Shown here in pieces: positions 36,609-40,035 of a stretch of 40,035 nt of DNA. The position numbers were made by a program, and so were the translations under genes. The notes beneath the pieces are model-generated. The model was not told the DNA's origin. It made no database searches and saw only the letters and a program-made list of their open reading frames with translations. How positions within the stretch are numbered: the first letter of the stretch is position 1; the number at the start of each line of letters is the position of its first letter. This stretch comes from Promethearchaeota archaeon (GTDB taxonomy: Archaea; Asgardarchaeota; Lokiarchaeia; Sigyniarchaeales; SOKP01), in assembly GCA_019057795.1 (NCBI GenBank), contig JAHLWS010000036.1:1-40035 (forward strand). Direction: 5' to 3'.

Positions 36609-38336
36609 TTACTTAAAGATTTTCACTTCACGATCTTCTAGTTTTTCTAACGAAGGAGGAAATTTCGTTAGGTTATTACGTTCAATATTTAAATACCGAA
36701 GTGAAGTAAGAGAATCTATTGATTCTGGTATTTCTGTTATGTAATTAGTTCTTAAAAATAAGTATTTTAAGGATTTTAAATTACCAATTGTTTCTGGAAG
36801 TTTTGTTAATTCATTGTTTCCTAAATATAGATACTTTAATTTTTCAAGGTCACCAATCGATGCAGGTATTTCTTTTAAGTCGTTATAGTATAAGTACAGT
36901 CTTTTAAGAGATCGTAGAGAACCAATTGAAGCGGGAATTTCTTTTATAGTATTCTTTCCTAAATCTAAATTTTCTAAAGTAGATAAAGATCCTATAGTGT
37001 CTGGAATTGTTTCTAATCGATTAAATCCTATTATTAAGTTCTTTAAGAGCGGTAATTTACCGATAGTAGATACCAAACTGGTTAATTTATTAGTAGAAAT
37101 ATCAAGTTCCCTTAAAGAAGACAATAATCCTATTGACTCAGGTAAAACTGATAATTGGTTTTTGCTTAAATCTAATACTTCAAGAGAAGATAAATTTCCT
37201 ATGGATTCTGGAAGTTTTGTTAGTTTATTATCGTATAAATCCAATTCTTTTAAAGATTTTAGTTGCCCAATTGAGTCGGGAAGTTCTTTTAATTCATTTT
37301 GATCAACTTTCAACGATTCTAGAGTAGTTAAATTACTTATAGAATTATGAAGGAATTTAAGATTGTTTCTATCAAACTTTAATATTTTAATTGAACTTAA
37401 ACTATCCATATCCGGTAATTGAGTTAATTCATTACTAGAAAGTTCTAATCTTAGAAGAGATTTTAGTTGCCCAATTGAGTCGGGAAGTTCCGTTAGATAA
37501 TTAGAAGAGATATTTAAACTTTCTAATGATTTAAGAGAACCAATTTCAGGAAGTAATGGTAGCTTATTTGACGCTAATCCTAAATATTTAAGATTTTTTA
37601 AATTACCTATTGAATCAGGCACATACGTTAAATTATTTCCTTTTAAGAATAGCGACGACAACGACGATAAATTACCAATGGCATTAGGTAATTTACTTAA
37701 TTTATTATTTCTTAAATTTAACCTTTTTAAAGAACTTAGAGAACCTATTGACTCTGGAAGAGTGGTTAAATTATTTTTTCCTAAATATAACAGTTCTAAA
37801 GATTTAAGATGCTCAATAGAATTCGGGAGTTCATCAATTTTATTTTGGCTAAGATCTAAAGATTTTAAATTTCTTAATGACCCAATACTCTCAGGAATTT
37901 CAGTTAATGAATTATCACTTAGGTCCAATAATGTAAGAGAAGATAACGAACTAATCGTCTCTGGTAAAATTGTTAATCGATTCGATTCTAAATGTAATTC
38001 TTTTAGTGAAACTAAAGAATAAATCGCTTTTGGTAATTTTACTAATTTATTTTCGCTTAAATCTAAAGTGTTGAGAGCTGAAATAAAACAAAGTTCCTCT
38101 GGTATTACTTTTAACTTATTACCCCTAACTATTAGTTTTTTTAGATAAGTGAGTGTGGTAATTTTTTCGGGTATTATCGTTAATCCACACGAAAACAAGC
38201 TTAAGCCATCTACATGGTTATCTTTAACAGTATACCCAAAAGTATAACTTTGTAGCTCTGGTACTTCTGGAATGGGTACACCTATTAATTTTTCTATATA
38301 TTCGAGAAACTTCTGTTCTTCTTCTGGAAGGGTCAT
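36609..38336 (-). CDS. Leucine-rich repeat protein (about 22 repeats of 22-23 aa)
   Basis: Consensus LxxLxLxxNxLxxLPxSIGxL over nearly the whole length; no signal peptide or TM evident. Confidence 0.95.
   Translation of the reverse strand: MTLPEEEQKFLEYIEKLIGVPIPEVPELQSYTFGYTVKDNHVDGLSLFSCGLTIIPEKITTLTYLKKLIVRGNKLKVIPEELCFISALNTLDLSENKLVKLPKAIYSLVSLKELHLESNRLTILPETISSLSSLTLLDLSDNSLTEIPESIGSLRNLKSLDLSQNKIDELPNSIEHLKSLELLYLGKNNLTTLPESIGSLSSLKRLNLRNNKLSKLPNAIGNLSSLSSLFLKGNNLTYVPDSIGNLKNLKYLGLASNKLPLLPEIGSLKSLESLNISSNYLTELPDSIGQLKSLLRLELSSNELTQLPDMDSLSSIKILKFDRNNLKFLHNSISNLTTLESLKVDQNELKELPDSIGQLKSLKELDLYDNKLTKLPESIGNLSSLEVLDLSKNQLSVLPESIGLLSSLRELDISTNKLTSLVSTIGKLPLLKNLIIGFNRLETIPDTIGSLSTLENLDLGKNTIKEIPASIGSLRSLKRLYLYYNDLKEIPASIGDLEKLKYLYLGNNELTKLPETIGNLKSLKYLFLRTNYITEIPESIDSLTSLRYLNIERNNLTKFPPSLEKLEDREVKIFK
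37254..37490. repeat. Exact 33-bp direct repeat within the LRR gene
   Basis: AGATTTTAGTTGCCCAATTGAGTCGGGAAGTTC at 37254-37286 and 37458-37490. Confidence 0.9.
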
Positions 38337-38483
38337 GTGTTATTTTTGATTGTTATGCAATTCATTGATCAATTATCAAAATACCTAAATAGATAATCAA
38401 AATGCATATATTTATTGTTTAACATTTCGGTAAAATCAGCTTAGAATGTGAAAAAATAAAAAAAAATAGTAAATGAATTATGA

Positions 38484-39683
38484 TTAGAAGTCAACATCTT
38501 TTCCTTCAAATGCATACTCATAGAGTTTCCCAAATTCCTCGGTATTGGCAGATCTTGGGCCAAGAACGCTAGAAGAATCTTCAAAACAAAGGTTTATTAA
38601 GACACTAATATTTTTATCATAATCCTCCTTTGTAGCACCTATTTCCTTTAAACTTAAAGAAAATCCAACTTCTTTTTGAAGTTCTTTTACTTTTTCTATG
38701 ACAATTTTTGCTGCTTTTTTGTTGTTGTCATCCCAATTTGCCCATCCTAACTGTTTCGCCACTTTTCCAAGTAAATCTTCAGTTTTATCTGCCTCATCTG
38801 GGTTGTTTAAACTGTACTGCAATACATAAGGGAGAAAAATACCCACTGCCCTACCATGAGGAACATGGAAGACGGAGCCCCATGAATGCCCAAGAGTATG
38901 CGCAAGTTGTGCTTGAGAATTACCAAAAGCTAACCCCGCCATTGTAGCTGCTTGATGCATATAATCTCGTGCTTCCATATTTTTACCATCCTTAGCAACT
39001 ATTGGTAGATACTTGAAAATCAATTCAATTGCTTTTAGAGCCATTGCATAGCTAAACTCATTTTTCCAAAGAGATGTAATACCTTCTAAAGAATGTGCTA
39101 AAGCATCAAAAGCTGTATCTACTGTTAGTTTTGGTGGCATTCCTACTGCAAAAATTGGGTCGACTATAGCGAAGGAGGGCATTATACTCTTATGCAAGAA
39201 AAAGTGCTTTTTCCATATTCCATCAATAAACCTAGAGACAACACTTACATTAGTAATTTCCGCTCCTGTTCCAGATGTAGTAGTAATAGCAACAAATTTT
39301 GACTTATTTCTCAGTTTATACAGTTCCCCATTAAAGGGATGTATATCATCAAGAGAAAGTTCAGGAAATTCATTTAAACACCATACAACCTTAGCAGTAT
39401 CCATAACTGAGCCGCCGCCTAAAGCTATGACCAAATCAGGGGCATAATCGATACATTGTTGTCTCGCAGATAGTACATCATCTTCGTGAGGATCTGGTTG
39501 TACATCAGTAAAAATTTTATATTCTTTTCCAAATTTGTCTAATTTTTCAGTTAATATCTTTAAATAACCTAATTCTTCTAACACCTTATCTGTTACAACA
39601 AATACTTTTTGGCCAGGAATAAATTCAAGAAAATCTATGGCATCTTCGCCATATATAATACCTGGACTATAAAAAAACCACAT
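38484..39683 (-). CDS. Iron-containing alcohol dehydrogenase
   Basis: GGGSVMDTAK, TTSGTGAE, DALAHSLE, LAHTLGH, HVPHG. AGGTGA RBS upstream. Confidence 0.93.
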   Translation of the reverse strand: MWFFYSPGIIYGEDAIDFLEFIPGQKVFVVTDKVLEELGYLKILTEKLDKFGKEYKIFTDVQPDPHEDDVLSARQQCIDYAPDLVIALGGGSVMDTAKVVWCLNEFPELSLDDIHPFNGELYKLRNKSKFVAITTTSGTGAEITNVSVVSRFIDGIWKKHFFLHKSIMPSFAIVDPIFAVGMPPKLTVDTAFDALAHSLEGITSLWKNEFSYAMALKAIELIFKYLPIVAKDGKNMEARDYMHQAATMAGLAFGNSQAQLAHTLGHSWGSVFHVPHGRAVGIFLPYVLQYSLNNPDEADKTEDLLGKVAKQLGWANWDDNNKKAAKIVIEKVKELQKEVGFSLSLKEIGATKEDYDKNISVLINLCFEDSSSVLGPRSANTEEFGKLYEYAFEGKDVDF

Positions 39684-39798
39684 TTAGTTTTTCACCTAAT
39701 ACTTATTTTTGGAGTTATATTTAATATTATTATTTACGATCCAAGTTAATTTTAATTTCCCTTCATGAAATAAAAATTTTATTCTAAAAATTTTGTAA

Positions 39799-40035
39799 TT
39801 ATGAAACAGCAATAGAATACGGATATAACCCTATACCCTCTATCCCATCAACCAATACGGCATTTGGGACTACTTTCTTAATTATATTATACCCCGCATT
39901 GACATCGGCGTTAAGAATAATTCCTTTCTTACTTCGAAATAGCCCTCTGTTAATTCGCTTTCCGGCATATTTTTTGTGTTTTTGAATGGATTCGTTATCT
40001 AAAAAACTGCATTTAGAGGTATAAGATTCCTTTTC
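39799..40035 (-). CDS. tnpB: C-terminal part of an IS605-family TnpB, truncated by the window edge and absent from the ORF track
   Basis: Manual translation: EKESYTSKCSFLDNESIQKHKKYAGKRINRGLFRSKKGIILNADVNAGYNNIKKVVPNAVLVDGIEGIGLYPYSIAVS*. Contains the canonical RuvC-III NADVN. Confidence 0.9.
   Translation of the reverse strand, partial: EKESYTSKCSFLDNESIQKHKKYAGKRINRGLFRSKKGIILNADVNAGYNIIKKVVPNAVLVDGIEGIGLYPYSIAVS

Noticed and set aside
39690-39705. TATTAGGTGAA upstream of adh matches the predicted guide region of the first TnpB
   Set aside because: An 11-nt match centred on the Shine-Dalgarno is expected without any targeting relationship.

Overview
AT-rich archaeal chromosomal window, most likely from an Asgard archaeon of the Lokiarchaeia type. 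This is inferred from archaeal RadA and Alba, GGTGA/GGAG ribosome-binding sites and T-tract terminators, plus eukaryote-like proteins: a roadblock-Rab GTPase fusion, a giant membrane protein with a longin/roadblock-like tail, and an all-LRR protein. In order, the window holds: a SERCA-type Ca2+ P-ATPase; an MBL hydrolase; the roadblock-Rab-like GTPase; an ADP-forming acyl-CoA synthetase beta subunit; a 1876-aa receptor-like surface glycoprotein; RadA with an extra N-terminal Cys/His finger and acidic linker; a stand-alone atypical TnpB with a hairpin-rich 3' end, sitting directly in front of pgi; pgi, aspartate kinase, a polyferredoxin, Alba with a duplicated basic tail and dCMP deaminase; a lipid-linked amino-sugar glycosylation module whose aminotransferase has an in-frame TAA; a LarA-like protein; a U32 protein; histidine degradation by the folate-type route (hutU, hutH, hutI, formiminotransferase); YwbE; AOR; the LRR protein; Fe-ADH; and the C-terminus of a second, canonical TnpB at the window edge, which the ORF track missed. 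No rRNA, tRNA or CRISPR array was seen. The best candidates for new biology are the receptor-like protein together with the nearby roadblock-Rab GTPase, and the non-canonical TnpB/omegaRNA element. All calls come from motif reading only; no database searches were run.
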